NCBI GenBank assembly: GCA_028695025.1
Contig: JAQVJV010000001.1
Span: 21,201 to 85,200 of the forward strand
Source: Candidatus Moraniibacteriota bacterium
GTDB taxonomy: Bacteria > Patescibacteriota > Minisyncoccia > Moranbacterales > UBA11712
Reading direction: 5' to 3'
Length of the DNA stretch: 64,000 nucleotides
Shown: positions 1 through 10,275 of the stretch, piece after piece
How the letters are laid out: every line of letters starts with the position of its first letter
How positions within the stretch are numbered: position 1 is the stretch's first letter
Position numbers and translations under genes: made by a program
The notes under the pieces: model-generated
What the model saw: the letters and a program-made list of their open reading frames with translations, nothing else
The model's database searches: none
What the model was told of the DNA's origin: nothing

Positions 1-6
1 ATAATT

Positions 7-1362
7 TTGGCGGCCGTCATTGCCTACTGGCTGCGTTTCACTCCGGGAATAATCGAAATTAAACCGGTCTTATTTGAATTTCCTTTCGACAGTTATCTCA
101 AGATCGTATTTTCGTTAGCGCCCCTTTTTCTTCTCATATTCTCGCTTGAAGGGCTTTATTCCCTCAAAACCACCCGCGTCTTTTGGAGGGAATTTTTCCA
201 GATCGCCTTTTCGATTTCAGTGGGAATAACCATCATTATCATCGCCATATTCCTCCAACGGGAATGGTTTTCTTCCCGATTCATCCTTCTTTCTGCTTGG
301 GGATTGGCAATCATCCTGGTGAGCTTGAGCCGCTATGGCGTGAATCTTCTTCAAAAAATACTTCTGGTATACAAAAGTATCGGCATCCATCGCCTTGTCG
401 CTGTCGGAAAAGGAAACTATTGCAAAACAGTTTGCCAAAAATACAGGCAAAATCCCAGCTATGGCTATAGAATTGTCTCCCAAGAACTGGAAATAAACAT
501 CGAAAAATTGCGCCAAATCAGAGCTACGAAAGGAATCGATGAAATTCTTATCTGTGATCCGGATATTTCCATGAAAAACCTGCGCGAAGTGAGCGACTTT
601 TGCCATCGCAACCGGATCGAATTCAAATTTGTTCCGGCCATTTTGCAGTCGATCAGCAGCAATTTTGAAGTCCGCACCCTTTTTGACGAACCGGTGATTG
701 CCATCAAAAATACACCGCTCGACGGATGGGGAAAGATCATCAAGAGAATTTTTGACATTTTCGGATCAACAATCGGGATCATCCTTACTTCGCCCATCAT
801 GCTCCTCACCGCTATCGCCATCCGGCTGGAATCGCGCGGACCGATCATTTTCAGGAATGAACGCGTCGGCCATCATGGAAAATTCAACGTGCTCAAATTC
901 CGCTATATGAAACTGGAATATTGCACCGGAACCCAAAATCCAGAACAAAAAAAAGCGCTTGAACTGGAACAACAATTAATTGAAACCCAAAGCGTCCGTA
1001 AAGGGCCACTCTATAAAATCAAAAACGACCCGAGAAAAACCCGGGTGGGCCGGATCATCGAGGCTCTTTCCATTGACGAACTGCCCCAACTCTTCAATGT
1101 TTTTCGGGGGGATATGAGTTTGGTCGGGCCGCGTCCTCACCAGCCGCGCGAGGTGGAAAAATACGAGCTTTGGCAAAAACGGACGCTTTCCATCAAGCCT
1201 GGCGTAACGGGACTCGCCCAAATTTCCGGACGCTCGGATTTGAGTTTTTCGGACGAAGCCCGCCTTGATATTTTCTATATCGAAAACTGGACTTTCTGGC
1301 TTGATATCGAAATTATTTTCAAGACTTTTTTTGTTTTGCTTAAAAAAAGAAAAAATCTCTAA
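7..1362 (+). CDS. Polyprenyl-phosphate sugar-1-phosphate transferase (WcaJ/WbaP-like initiating sugar transferase), probably 5'-truncated by the window
   Basis: N-terminal TM helices; C-terminal KRIFD...KFRYM...DPR.TRVG...SIDELPQLFNV.GDMSLVGPRP...KPGVTGLAQISGR motifs. Confidence 0.92.
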   Translation: MAAVIAYWLRFTPGIIEIKPVLFEFPFDSYLKIVFSLAPLFLLIFSLEGLYSLKTTRVFWREFFQIAFSISVGITIIIIAIFLQREWFSSRFILLSAWGLAIILVSLSRYGVNLLQKILLVYKSIGIHRLVAVGKGNYCKTVCQKYRQNPSYGYRIVSQELEINIEKLRQIRATKGIDEILICDPDISMKNLREVSDFCHRNRIEFKFVPAILQSISSNFEVRTLFDEPVIAIKNTPLDGWGKIIKRIFDIFGSTIGIILTSPIMLLTAIAIRLESRGPIIFRNERVGHHGKFNVLKFRYMKLEYCTGTQNPEQKKALELEQQLIETQSVRKGPLYKIKNDPRKTRVGRIIEALSIDELPQLFNVFRGDMSLVGPRPHQPREVEKYELWQKRTLSIKPGVTGLAQISGRSDLSFSDEARLDIFYIENWTFWLDIEIIFKTFFVLLKKRKNL

Positions 1363-1380
1363 AAATTTTCTTGAAAAATT

Positions 1381-1989
1381 ATGTCCTATTTTTCCTCTCC
1401 TGAATTCCTCCAGCATCTTCCTTTTTGGGGCTATCCGCTGATGCTTTTCGCCATGACTATTGAGGGGCCGTTCGCCACAATGACCGCCGCGTTCCTCTCT
1501 TCGCAGGGCTATTTCAACGTCGGCATTGTTTTTGTCTTGAGCGTGGCCGGGGACGTCATCGGAGACATCATCCTTTTTTACATCGGACATTTCGGCGGCC
1601 CGCATATCATCAAAAAAACCCAGCATTTCCTCAAGATGAAAGACTCCGTCGTTGAAAAGCTGAAAGACCGGTTCCACCAGAACAGCGGCCGGCTGATTTT
1701 CTACGTCAAATCGACCACCGGATTGAGCTATATCACTTTCACGTTGGCTGGAGCCTTGCGGATGAAAATTTCCAAATTCCTCAAATTTTCCGTCCTTGGC
1801 GGGCTGGTTTGGAGCTCGCTCTTGGTTTTTCTCGGCTATTTTTTCGGCTATGCCGCCGCCCGGATCAGCGAGTACATCAAATACGCCGGAATCGCCATCT
1901 TTGTTGCCGCGGTGATCACCCTCACTATCATCGGCCTCATCAAAAAACACGAATCGGCGGAGATTCTGGAGGATGAGAGCAAAGATTGA
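1381..1989 (+). CDS. DedA/VTT family membrane protein
   Basis: EG near N-terminus, GD...FYIG and AG.LRM...KF motifs; 202 aa, hydrophobic. Confidence 0.85.
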   Translation: MSYFSSPEFLQHLPFWGYPLMLFAMTIEGPFATMTAAFLSSQGYFNVGIVFVLSVAGDVIGDIILFYIGHFGGPHIIKKTQHFLKMKDSVVEKLKDRFHQNSGRLIFYVKSTTGLSYITFTLAGALRMKISKFLKFSVLGGLVWSSLLVFLGYFFGYAAARISEYIKYAGIAIFVAAVITLTIIGLIKKHESAEILEDESKD

Positions 1990-2072
1990 CAAAGTTGGAA
2001 TCTTTATTTAGGCTTATTTGAATTCTTTTAAAATTGAATAAATAAAAATTTCGCAAAAGGGAGGAAGGGAAT

Positions 2073-3056
2073 ATGGATTGGTTATTAGCTAGGATTTTGC
2101 TAATGTCCGACGCCCACTGGATGGTTGTCCCACCAGAAAAACAAGAAGGTCAGGCTATCCGAGGAATTGATCGGCTCATTGAAGGGAAAATCCGGAAATG
2201 GAAAAAACTAAACAAACAAAATTTTCGCCTAGCCCTCAACAATGCTAAGCAAAACGGTCCATTTAATGAATTTATTTTTCTCGGAGATCTCGTCGAGTGC
2301 GTTCACAATGAAAAAGGGATGGTAACTTTGACGGATCTTGAGGAAATTTCAATCCTAAAAAAATTCGTGATAAACGCTCTGGGACTGCGCTTTTCTGGAG
2401 ATGATCATTACATTCCCGGAGATCACGAACTTGGATATGTGCTTCCTTTGAGTCTTGATCCGGATGGAGGCATGACGGGGGAAAGTATCACAAATTTCCA
2501 AAATATCCTTGGCCCAATGTTCGATGCCTGGAATATTGGAAATTTTATTTTTATTACAATTTCGTCTTCACTTTTCACACAATTTGAATGGCGAAATGAC
2601 GTCGAGATCGCTGAATTACGTCAAAAACAGGTAAAATTTCTCGTTGAAAAACTTTCCAAACTTCCGCCTGAAAAAAAAGTTTTTCTTTTCCTTCATGATC
2701 CAGATGCCATTGAGCATATCAATGCTCTTCCCGGCGCCAGCAGAATTACTCAAATTTTCTGCGGCCATCTTCATTCGGAAAATACTGTAAACAGCTATCG
2801 GCGTCTTGGGAAAATGGCAAATAGCTTTTGGGGCCGTTTATTGCTTCGTTTTGTTGGATTGATTTTCAACCGCCTGCAACGAGTGAATAAAGTTATCAAT
2901 TGGGCAAAGGGAAACCCGTATCGACTGGAGCTATTCAAAAAATACAATCTTCAAGTGGTTCCTGCTCCCAATGGCATGCTCGGCAAAGGATCTGGTTTTC
3001 TTATTTTGGAATTATATGCTGATGGAAATTATGAAATAAAAAAATTCGAATCATAG
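2073..3056 (+). CDS. Calcineurin-like metallophosphoesterase
   Basis: SDAH, LGDL, PGDHE, LHDP and CGHLH metal motifs; strong SD (GGGAGGAAGG) upstream. Confidence 0.8.
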   Translation: MDWLLARILLMSDAHWMVVPPEKQEGQAIRGIDRLIEGKIRKWKKLNKQNFRLALNNAKQNGPFNEFIFLGDLVECVHNEKGMVTLTDLEEISILKKFVINALGLRFSGDDHYIPGDHELGYVLPLSLDPDGGMTGESITNFQNILGPMFDAWNIGNFIFITISSSLFTQFEWRNDVEIAELRQKQVKFLVEKLSKLPPEKKVFLFLHDPDAIEHINALPGASRITQIFCGHLHSENTVNSYRRLGKMANSFWGRLLLRFVGLIFNRLQRVNKVINWAKGNPYRLELFKKYNLQVVPAPNGMLGKGSGFLILELYADGNYEIKKFES

Positions 3057-3064
3057 GGGGGAAT

Positions 3065-3247
3065 ATGATTTTAAGTATATTTATTGCTATTTTCATAGTT
3101 TCCTTGTTTTCCTGGGGAAACTACTATTCCGAAAGAATGTCTTTTGCACATGAGTGGGATGTTATTTCATTCGCATGCGCAACAACCGCCTCTGCTTTTC
3201 TTACGTCCTTAGTAATATCGGGAATGGTTTACATATGCAAAGGCTAA
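3065..3247 (+). CDS. Small 2-TM hypothetical protein
   Basis: 60 aa with two hydrophobic stretches; GGGGG SD; followed by a terminator. Confidence 0.55.
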   Translation: MILSIFIAIFIVSLFSWGNYYSERMSFAHEWDVISFACATTASAFLTSLVISGMVYICKG

Positions 3248-3267
3248 AATATCAATCGACCTTCTGC

Positions 3268-3300
3268 AAAGGCTCGTCCAACAGCGATGGGCCTTTTTTT
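3268..3300 (+). terminator. Intrinsic terminator
   Basis: AAAGGCTCGTC...GATGGGCCTTT stem followed by a T-run. Confidence 0.7.
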
Positions 3301-3301
3301 A

Positions 3302-3330
3302 TTGCAAAAAACGCAAAAAAGGACTAGAAT
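3302..3330 (+). promoter_or_regulatory. Sigma70 promoter, leaderless geometry
   Basis: TTGCAA-17 nt-TAGAAT, with ATG 6 nt after the -10. Confidence 0.65.
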
Positions 3331-3336
3331 TTATCT

Positions 3337-4446
3337 ATGAAAATAGCCCTTGTCCACGATTATCTCGTCCAATACGGCGGAGCGGAGCGGGTGCTTGAAT
3401 GCTTCACCGAAATTTGGCCGTATGCGCCGATTTATACCCTCATATACGACGAGGAAAAAACCCACGGAATCTTCAAAGGAAAGCGCATCCACACCTCATT
3501 CCTCCAAAATTTTCCCTATTCCCATAAAAACCACCGCATTTTCCCGCCGCTCATGCCGCCGGCCATCGAACAGTTCGACCTTTCGCAATATGACATCGTC
3601 CTTTCCGACTCGTCGAGCTATGCCAAGGGAATCATCACGCCTCCCAATACGCTTCACGTCTGCTACTGCCACACGCCGATGAGATACGCCTGGGACGACT
3701 GCCAGAAGTATATCGAGGAATTCGGCTTTCCGCGGATCGTGAAAAAATTCATCCCTTTCCTTATGAACTATATCCGCGTTTGGGACCGGGTGAGCGCCGA
3801 CCGCGTCGATGAATATATCGCCAACTCCCGCTTCGTGGCCGGCCGGATCAAAAAATACTACAAAAGAGATTCCATTGTCATAAACCCGCCGGTTGACATC
3901 AACCATTTCAAAATTGATTCCAAGCAAGGAGGCTATTTCCTGATGGTCGGCCGCCTCATGACCTATAAGCGCTTTGACATCGTGATTGAAGCCTTCAATA
4001 AGCTGAAATGGCCGCTCAAAATCATCGGGCGGGGACCGGACGAAAAAAGGTTGCGGGCGCTCGCCGGACCGACCATTGAATTCACCGGGCGCTTGAGTGA
4101 TGAAGAATTGGCTAAAACATATTCCCGGGCAAGAGCCTTCATTTTTCCGCAAGAAGAAGATTTCGGGATCGTTGCGATCGAAGCGATGGCCGCCGGTGTT
4201 CCGATCATCGCTTTTCAAGGAGGGGACATCATTGAACACGTCCGGGAAAATCAAGAGGGGATATTTTTCAATCAACAAAATTCGGATGTTCTGATTGAGG
4301 CTCTTAGAAAATTCGAATCGCTTGATTTCAATCGGCAGGCGATTCGAGAAAGAGCGTTGCCGTTTGACCGGGAAATATTCAAGAAGAAAATCGAGGACTA
4401 TATTGATAACGCTCTCAAAAATCATCTTGAGATAATTAATCCCTAA
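3337..4446 (+). CDS. GT4 glycosyltransferase (WbaZ-like)
   Basis: MKIALVHDYL..GGAERV; YCHTPMRYAWD; EDFGIVAIEAMA. Confidence 0.9.
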   Translation: MKIALVHDYLVQYGGAERVLECFTEIWPYAPIYTLIYDEEKTHGIFKGKRIHTSFLQNFPYSHKNHRIFPPLMPPAIEQFDLSQYDIVLSDSSSYAKGIITPPNTLHVCYCHTPMRYAWDDCQKYIEEFGFPRIVKKFIPFLMNYIRVWDRVSADRVDEYIANSRFVAGRIKKYYKRDSIVINPPVDINHFKIDSKQGGYFLMVGRLMTYKRFDIVIEAFNKLKWPLKIIGRGPDEKRLRALAGPTIEFTGRLSDEELAKTYSRARAFIFPQEEDFGIVAIEAMAAGVPIIAFQGGDIIEHVRENQEGIFFNQQNSDVLIEALRKFESLDFNRQAIRERALPFDREIFKKKIEDYIDNALKNHLEIINP

Positions 4447-4463
4447 GAGTTTGCTCAAAAGCC

Positions 4464-5072
4464 ATGGAACTCAAAGAATATTACAAGATCCTCAAAAGAA
4501 ATTTCAGCGTGGCGGTTTATACTATGATTGTTTTCGTCGTTGCCGCTTATGTTTGGTCGGTGCAAGCTTCTCAAACCTATTCCGCCTCGCTCGTGCTTGA
4601 TATCACCCGCTCCGAAACCCAAAACACGGCCGACTATCGCTATGACCAGTTCTACCGCCTTCAGGCCGACGACAAATTTGCCGAAACCGTGGTGGAATGG
4701 CTCAAAACCCCCGGTGTCGCCAAGGAAATATTCGATAAGGCCGGCATAAGCGCCGACCAAAAAACCATGCGCCAATTGGAAAAAAGCTTTCAAGCCGAAA
4801 AAGTTTCTTCGAACCTGATCCGCGTCCAGTATTCGGCCCAAACCGACGACGAAGCGGGAAAAATCGCTCCCGCCGTCCAATCGATCCTTTCCGGAAAGAC
4901 CGAAGGCCTCAATGCCGGCACCAAGGATCCAAACTGGTTCCAGGTCAGTATGGGCAATTTGATTGTCCTCAAAAATACCCAGAACCTGTGGCTGAATCTG
5001 GGACTGGCCGCCTTCGCCGGACTGTTTGTGGGAATTCTGCTTGCTTTCGGGAAGCACTATGTTTCGGAATAA
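4464..5072 (+). CDS. Wzz/CapA(YveK)-like chain-length/copolymerase protein
   Basis: MELKEY..IL, N-terminal TM followed by Y.AS, and C-terminal TM with a G...G pattern. Confidence 0.65.
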   Translation: MELKEYYKILKRNFSVAVYTMIVFVVAAYVWSVQASQTYSASLVLDITRSETQNTADYRYDQFYRLQADDKFAETVVEWLKTPGVAKEIFDKAGISADQKTMRQLEKSFQAEKVSSNLIRVQYSAQTDDEAGKIAPAVQSILSGKTEGLNAGTKDPNWFQVSMGNLIVLKNTQNLWLNLGLAAFAGLFVGILLAFGKHYVSE

Positions 5073-5083
5073 TTAATCGATAA

Positions 5084-5119
5084 CTCCCTCGCCTTGAAAA
5101 GGAGAGGGCTGGGGCGAGG
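5084..5119. repeat. Short dispersed palindromic repeat (CCCTC..CC-N-GGAGAGGG..GGGG.GAGG type)
   Basis: CTCCCTCGCCTTGAAAAGGAGAGGGCTGGGGCGAGG in the intergenic gap. Confidence 0.5.
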
Positions 5120-5124
5120 TTATT

Positions 5125-6249
5125 ATGATCATCGGTTTTGACGCCAGATGCTTGGAGGAGCCGAATATTTCCGGAGTGGGGGAATACGCTTTGGAGATTT
5201 TGAAAAACCTTCTTGAGATCGACCGGGAAAATACCTATGTTGTTTTTTCAAACTCATATCGAAAAATCGCCGGGCAAAATTTCGGCTGGCTTGAAAGATA
5301 TCCCCAAGTGAAACTGAAAAGATTTTCCTTTCCGAACAAAATCCTCAATTTTCTTTTTTGGTATTTTTCCTGGCCGAAAATCGACCGGATGATCGGGAAA
5401 GTCGACGTATTCTTCGCCCCGAACATCAACTTTCTTTCTGTCGGCCGCAACTGTCCGCTTGTCGCCACCTTCCACGATCTTTCTTTCGAGCGTTATCCCG
5501 CATATTTTGATTTTTTCACGCAACTCTGGCACCATATTTTCGTGAGACCCCGAAAAATCGCGCAATCCGCCCAAAGAATCATCGCTGTTTCCAAATCGAC
5601 AAAGCAAGACCTCGAAGAAATATACGGCATCGCGCCACAAAAAATTGCCGTCATTCCGCATGGAATCAGTCCGGATTTTCACCCGATCGAAAAAGGAAGC
5701 AAAAACTTGGAAGAAATCCAAAAAAAATACGGTTTGCCGGAAAAATTCGTTTTTTTTCTAGGAAATATCGAGAAAAGAAAGAATATCGGATCAATAATAA
5801 AAGCATCCGGCCAATTATCCAAAAAATTTCCTGGGTACAAATTGGTTCTCGCGGGAAACATCGCTCCCGAATTTCAAAAATGCCAAAAAAATAAGGATAT
5901 TATTTTTTGCGGATACATCGACCGGAAAGACCGTCCGTATGTCTATAACCTCGCGGCTCTTTTTGTCTATCCCTCTTTTTTCGAGGGTTTTGGATTTCCA
6001 GCCATTGAGGCGATGGCTTGCGGAACGCCGGTCGTCACTTCGCACAATTCGTCTCTCCCGGAAGTGGCCGGAAATGCGGCAATTTTGATCGACCCGAACC
6101 GGCCCGACACGCTTTTCCAGGCTATTGAATCCATCCTCACCGACAGAAACTTGAGCGACAAGCTTGTCGAGAGGGGATTCGAGCAAATCCAAAAATTCAG
6201 CTGGGAAAAATGCGCCCGGAAAACTTTGGAAATAATAAAAACCTCATGA
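5125..6249 (+). CDS. GT4 glycosyltransferase
   Basis: IGFDAR..SGVGEY; TFHDL; RKN; EGFGFPAIEAMACG. Confidence 0.92.
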   Translation: MIIGFDARCLEEPNISGVGEYALEILKNLLEIDRENTYVVFSNSYRKIAGQNFGWLERYPQVKLKRFSFPNKILNFLFWYFSWPKIDRMIGKVDVFFAPNINFLSVGRNCPLVATFHDLSFERYPAYFDFFTQLWHHIFVRPRKIAQSAQRIIAVSKSTKQDLEEIYGIAPQKIAVIPHGISPDFHPIEKGSKNLEEIQKKYGLPEKFVFFLGNIEKRKNIGSIIKASGQLSKKFPGYKLVLAGNIAPEFQKCQKNKDIIFCGYIDRKDRPYVYNLAALFVYPSFFEGFGFPAIEAMACGTPVVTSHNSSLPEVAGNAAILIDPNRPDTLFQAIESILTDRNLSDKLVERGFEQIQKFSWEKCARKTLEIIKTS

Positions 6250-7370
6250 GAATCGGCATTGACGCCCGCTTTTTTGGCTCAATCGGAAAGGGCCTGGGGC
6301 GATACACGCAAAAATTGATCGAAAACCTTGAAAATATTGACCGCGAAAATCACTATTTTATTTTTTTGCGCCGTGAAAATTGGGATGAATATCAGCCAAA
6401 AAGCAAACATTTCACGAAAGTTTTGGCCGATATCCCCTGGTATGGCCTTCGGGAACAGCTCCAGATGCCGAAAATACTCGAAAAATGCGGCTTGGACTTG
6501 GTCCATTTCCCGCATTTCAATGTTCCGGTGCGCTATCGGGGGAAATTTGTCGTGACAATCCACGACCTTATCCTGTTCCGTTATCCTACCCGGCGCGCTT
6601 CCACCCTTTCAGGGCCGGCTTATTTTTTCAAAAAACAGGCCTATCACTGGGTGATCAATCGCGCCATCTGGAAATCGGAAAAAATTATTGCCGTTTCCGA
6701 ATATACAAAAAAAGATATTCTGAAGCACTTCAAGGTGCCGCCGGAAAAAATAGCCGTCACCTATGAGGGCGTTGACACTTTTGAAAACCCGTCCCTGGAA
6801 AAACCGGGATCAGTCCTCCAAAAGTATGGTATAATGAAGCCGTATATCCTGTATGTGGGGAACGCTTATCCGCATAAAAATCTTGACCGGTTGATTTTGG
6901 TGTTTCGGGAACTGTCAAAAAAACACCCCGATCTCCATTTGGTGCTGGCTGGACGCGAGGATTATTTCTATCGCCGGTTGAAAAAATTCGCGAAAGAAAA
7001 GAAAACTGATCGGATAATTTTCCCAGGCCATATTGATGAGATAGACCTGCCGGTCGCATATCGCGAGGCCAGGCTCTATGTTTTTCCATCGCTTTATGAA
7101 GGATTCGGCCTGCCGCCGCTTGAAGCAATGGTCCGGAACGTTCCGGTTGTTTCCTCGAATGCCTCATGTCTTCCGGAAATTTTGGAAAATTCAGCCTATT
7201 TTTTTGACCCGCGCGGCGTTTCAGAAACCGCGGAAACCATCGATAGAGCGCTCACTGATAATCTTCTTCGAAGAAAATTGATCGAATCCGGAAAAGAACA
7301 GGTGAAAAAGTATAGCTGGCAAAAAATGGCGAGAGAAACACTCAAAATATACAAAAACTGCGCGCGATAA
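6246..7370 (+). CDS. GT4 glycosyltransferase
   Basis: Start reassigned to the ATGA overlap at 6246 (MRIGIDAR); TIHDL; HKN; EGFGLPPLEAM. Confidence 0.92.
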   Translation: MRIGIDARFFGSIGKGLGRYTQKLIENLENIDRENHYFIFLRRENWDEYQPKSKHFTKVLADIPWYGLREQLQMPKILEKCGLDLVHFPHFNVPVRYRGKFVVTIHDLILFRYPTRRASTLSGPAYFFKKQAYHWVINRAIWKSEKIIAVSEYTKKDILKHFKVPPEKIAVTYEGVDTFENPSLEKPGSVLQKYGIMKPYILYVGNAYPHKNLDRLILVFRELSKKHPDLHLVLAGREDYFYRRLKKFAKEKKTDRIIFPGHIDEIDLPVAYREARLYVFPSLYEGFGLPPLEAMVRNVPVVSSNASCLPEILENSAYFFDPRGVSETAETIDRALTDNLLRRKLIESGKEQVKKYSWQKMARETLKIYKNCAR

Positions 7371-10261
7371 TGCCCATAAAACGAAAAAACATCCTGCCCC
7401 AGATGTTCGACGTAAAACCCGTAAACAAAAAGGGTGTTTTGGATTTGGAAAGGATCAAAAAAGGAAACAGGGTGATTATCATTCGAAAAGAAAAGCCAAT
7501 CCAAAGGATGGCGCCAAAGATCAAGCCTATCCGGAAACCAGAAACGGCAAAAACCAGCTTGAATTTCATCCGGCCATACCAATGCCCCGCAATTTTGCCC
7601 AGACCAAAGCCGATCCAGACAGAAAAAATTCGCATCCAGCCGGCCATAAACACGGAAAAGGCAGAAACAAGGCCCCAAAGCGCTCCCAAAACTTTCACGG
7701 ATGACCGGATTATTTATCACTCCAAGCCTTTCATTTCTGAAGAAGTTCGATTGAGGATCGAAAGAGATTCACTGGAAAAAGAAAATCACCTATTTAAAGC
7801 CGAAAAACATCCGCGAGGAATTGAACATCATCAAGCTTCAAAGCCTTTCGTTTCCGACGATGTCCAATTGAAGATTGAAGAAAGTTCGATAGGAATGGAA
7901 AAAGTTTCCGATTTCGAGGCTCGTCCGGAAAAAGTGAGCCGTTTTTTCGAGCCCTCTTTTGAAAATTATTCCCCGATGTTTTCCCGGGAGGAAATAATCG
8001 AAACACTCCCCGAGATAAAACCGGAAAAACCAAAAACGGAAAAGAAGGAGCTATTCAAAGCCTTTTTTGAGAAAAAAACAGAAAAATTGAGGGAAGAATC
8101 AGAGATAAGAAAGAAAAAGGCCCAAACCAAACCAAAAAAACCCTTCTTCTCCAGGCTGTTTGAAGAGAAAAAACGCAAGAAAAAAATCTCTCGAAAATCC
8201 AGCCTGAATTCTGGTTTTTCAAAACTGAACCGGGAACTTGGAAAAGTCTTTTCCCTGGAAACACAAAGGAAGATTGCACCTGTTCCGAAAATGAGTTATG
8301 GGTTTTCCTTTGCAGTGATCCTTCTTGTGATAAGCCTCACTGTGCCGACTCTTTCATATATCCAGCGCGCCCTGAATATGAAAAATTCCATTGAAATTTC
8401 CGGCCAGGAAGCGCTAGGGCAAATCGCCGAAGCCAAAGACAATCTCACCAACAGCCAATTCGAGAAAGCTGCAGTTGATTTTTCCGAGTCTTATGAGATT
8501 CTTTCCGAAGCCGACAAAAATATCCGGGATATCGGCGGGGGATTCAGCGATGTTTTGCGGTTTGTTCCGGGAATATCACGCCTTGCGAGCGCCCAGCATA
8601 TCGTTTCCGCCGGAGAACATTTTTCCCTTGCCGGAAAATCTTTGTCAGAATCGGCCAAGTCTCTCAATTCGCTTGGGAACCCGCTCGCAGACGATGCTCG
8701 AAATCAGCCCTCGCTCACCGACCTCTTTTTGAATCTTCGCGACGGAGTCGAGAAAGCAAGCAATGACCTTTCCCAAGGAACAGAAGATATAAACAAAGTG
8801 AATATCGACGACTTGCCGGCCGATATGCGCGGAAAATTCACCGACCTGAAATCAAAGCTCCCGCTTGTGAATGCCAGCCTCAAGAATTTTTTGGATTATT
8901 CCCGGATCTTTCTCGATGTTCTCGGATACAACGGCCCGCGGAAGTATCTGTTTCTTTTTGAAAACAACCAGGAAATGCGCGCCACTGGCGGATTCATCGG
9001 AAGCTACGGCATTTTGGACATTTCCAACGGCCGCGTGAAGAAACTCTTCGTGGATGACATATATAATCCCGACGGCCAGCTCAAAGCGCGGGTGATCCCG
9101 CCGCTTCCGATCCAAAAAATGAGCGCCGTCTGGACGATGCACGATGCCAACTGGTTTCCCGATTTTCCCACTTCCGCCGAAAAAGTTTCCTGGTTTTATG
9201 AAAAAACGGGCGGACCGACCGTGGACGGGGTGATCGCCATCACGCCGGAGCTTCTTGAGGATCTTCTCAAAATCACCGGGCCGATCGAAATGGATGAATA
9301 CGGAAAAACCATTGACGCAAATAATTTCATAAAAGAAACCCAGCAGGAAGTTGAAGTGGATTATGACAAGAAGCTGAACCAGCCGAAAAAATTCGTGGCC
9401 GACCTCACTCCCAAGATCTTGGACAAAGTGATGAGCGAAAAAGGAATCACGCAGCTTCTTTCCACTCTTCAGGCTTTCAGTTCCGCCCTTGAGCAGAAAC
9501 ATTTGCTTCTTTATTCCCGAAATTATAATATCCAGAAACTTATTTCCGGCCAAAAATGGTCGGGCGAAATTTTGAACACCGACAAGGATTATTTGAGCGT
9601 TATCAACACGAACATCAATGGGTACAAAACAGACGGAATCGTTGACGAAACTATCGACCATCAAAGTGAAATCCAGGATGACGGAACTGTCGTGGACACG
9701 GTGGCTGTTACCCGGAAACACAATGGCGGAAATGAAAAATATGACTGGTGGAACAAGGTGAATGGGGATTGGATGCGGATCTATGTCCCGGAAGGAGCGA
9801 AACTTCTCGAAGTTTCCGGCCAAACGCGCGAAACCAACCAGCCGGCGCTTGATTATGACACCCTCGGCTTCAAAAAAGATCCCCAAGTCCAAGCCAACGA
9901 AGACTCGGCCGAAATCGACGAAGAGTCCGGAACCAGGATATATAAGGAAAACAACAAAACCGTTTTTGCCAACTGGGTTTATGTGAGTCCCGGCGAGTCG
10001 GTGACAATCAGCTACAAATACGTCCTGCCGTTCAAGTTGGGTTTTGATCCGCTTCACCATCCGGCTGATTCCTTTTCCGTGCTATATCAAAAACAATCGG
10101 GAAGCGTCGGGAGCGAGCTCCATGCCGAAGTCAAGCTTCCGGACAATATGCATTCTATCTGGCGCTGGCCGGACGGGTTGAAACAGGACGGAAATTCGTA
10201 TAAGATGGAGGGTGTTTTGGATACGGACAAATTCGTGGGACTGGCGGTGGAGAAACAATGA
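7370..10261 (+). CDS. DUF4012-like large membrane-anchored protein
   Basis: YLFLFENNQEMRATGGFIGSYG, DANWFPDFPTSA and VDGVIAI motifs; basic disordered N-terminus and one TM. Confidence 0.75.
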   Translation: MPIKRKNILPQMFDVKPVNKKGVLDLERIKKGNRVIIIRKEKPIQRMAPKIKPIRKPETAKTSLNFIRPYQCPAILPRPKPIQTEKIRIQPAINTEKAETRPQSAPKTFTDDRIIYHSKPFISEEVRLRIERDSLEKENHLFKAEKHPRGIEHHQASKPFVSDDVQLKIEESSIGMEKVSDFEARPEKVSRFFEPSFENYSPMFSREEIIETLPEIKPEKPKTEKKELFKAFFEKKTEKLREESEIRKKKAQTKPKKPFFSRLFEEKKRKKKISRKSSLNSGFSKLNRELGKVFSLETQRKIAPVPKMSYGFSFAVILLVISLTVPTLSYIQRALNMKNSIEISGQEALGQIAEAKDNLTNSQFEKAAVDFSESYEILSEADKNIRDIGGGFSDVLRFVPGISRLASAQHIVSAGEHFSLAGKSLSESAKSLNSLGNPLADDARNQPSLTDLFLNLRDGVEKASNDLSQGTEDINKVNIDDLPADMRGKFTDLKSKLPLVNASLKNFLDYSRIFLDVLGYNGPRKYLFLFENNQEMRATGGFIGSYGILDISNGRVKKLFVDDIYNPDGQLKARVIPPLPIQKMSAVWTMHDANWFPDFPTSAEKVSWFYEKTGGPTVDGVIAITPELLEDLLKITGPIEMDEYGKTIDANNFIKETQQEVEVDYDKKLNQPKKFVADLTPKILDKVMSEKGITQLLSTLQAFSSALEQKHLLLYSRNYNIQKLISGQKWSGEILNTDKDYLSVINTNINGYKTDGIVDETIDHQSEIQDDGTVVDTVAVTRKHNGGNEKYDWWNKVNGDWMRIYVPEGAKLLEVSGQTRETNQPALDYDTLGFKKDPQVQANEDSAEIDEESGTRIYKENNKTVFANWVYVSPGESVTISYKYVLPFKLGFDPLHHPADSFSVLYQKQSGSVGSELHAEVKLPDNMHSIWRWPDGLKQDGNSYKMEGVLDTDKFVGLAVEKQ

Positions 10262-10275
10262 CCATTTGAACCATC

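Noticed and set aside
7720-7880. Internal duplication SKPF(I/V)S..V.L.IE in the DUF4012 N-terminus
   Set aside because: It is real, but an ordinary two-copy repeat in a disordered region.
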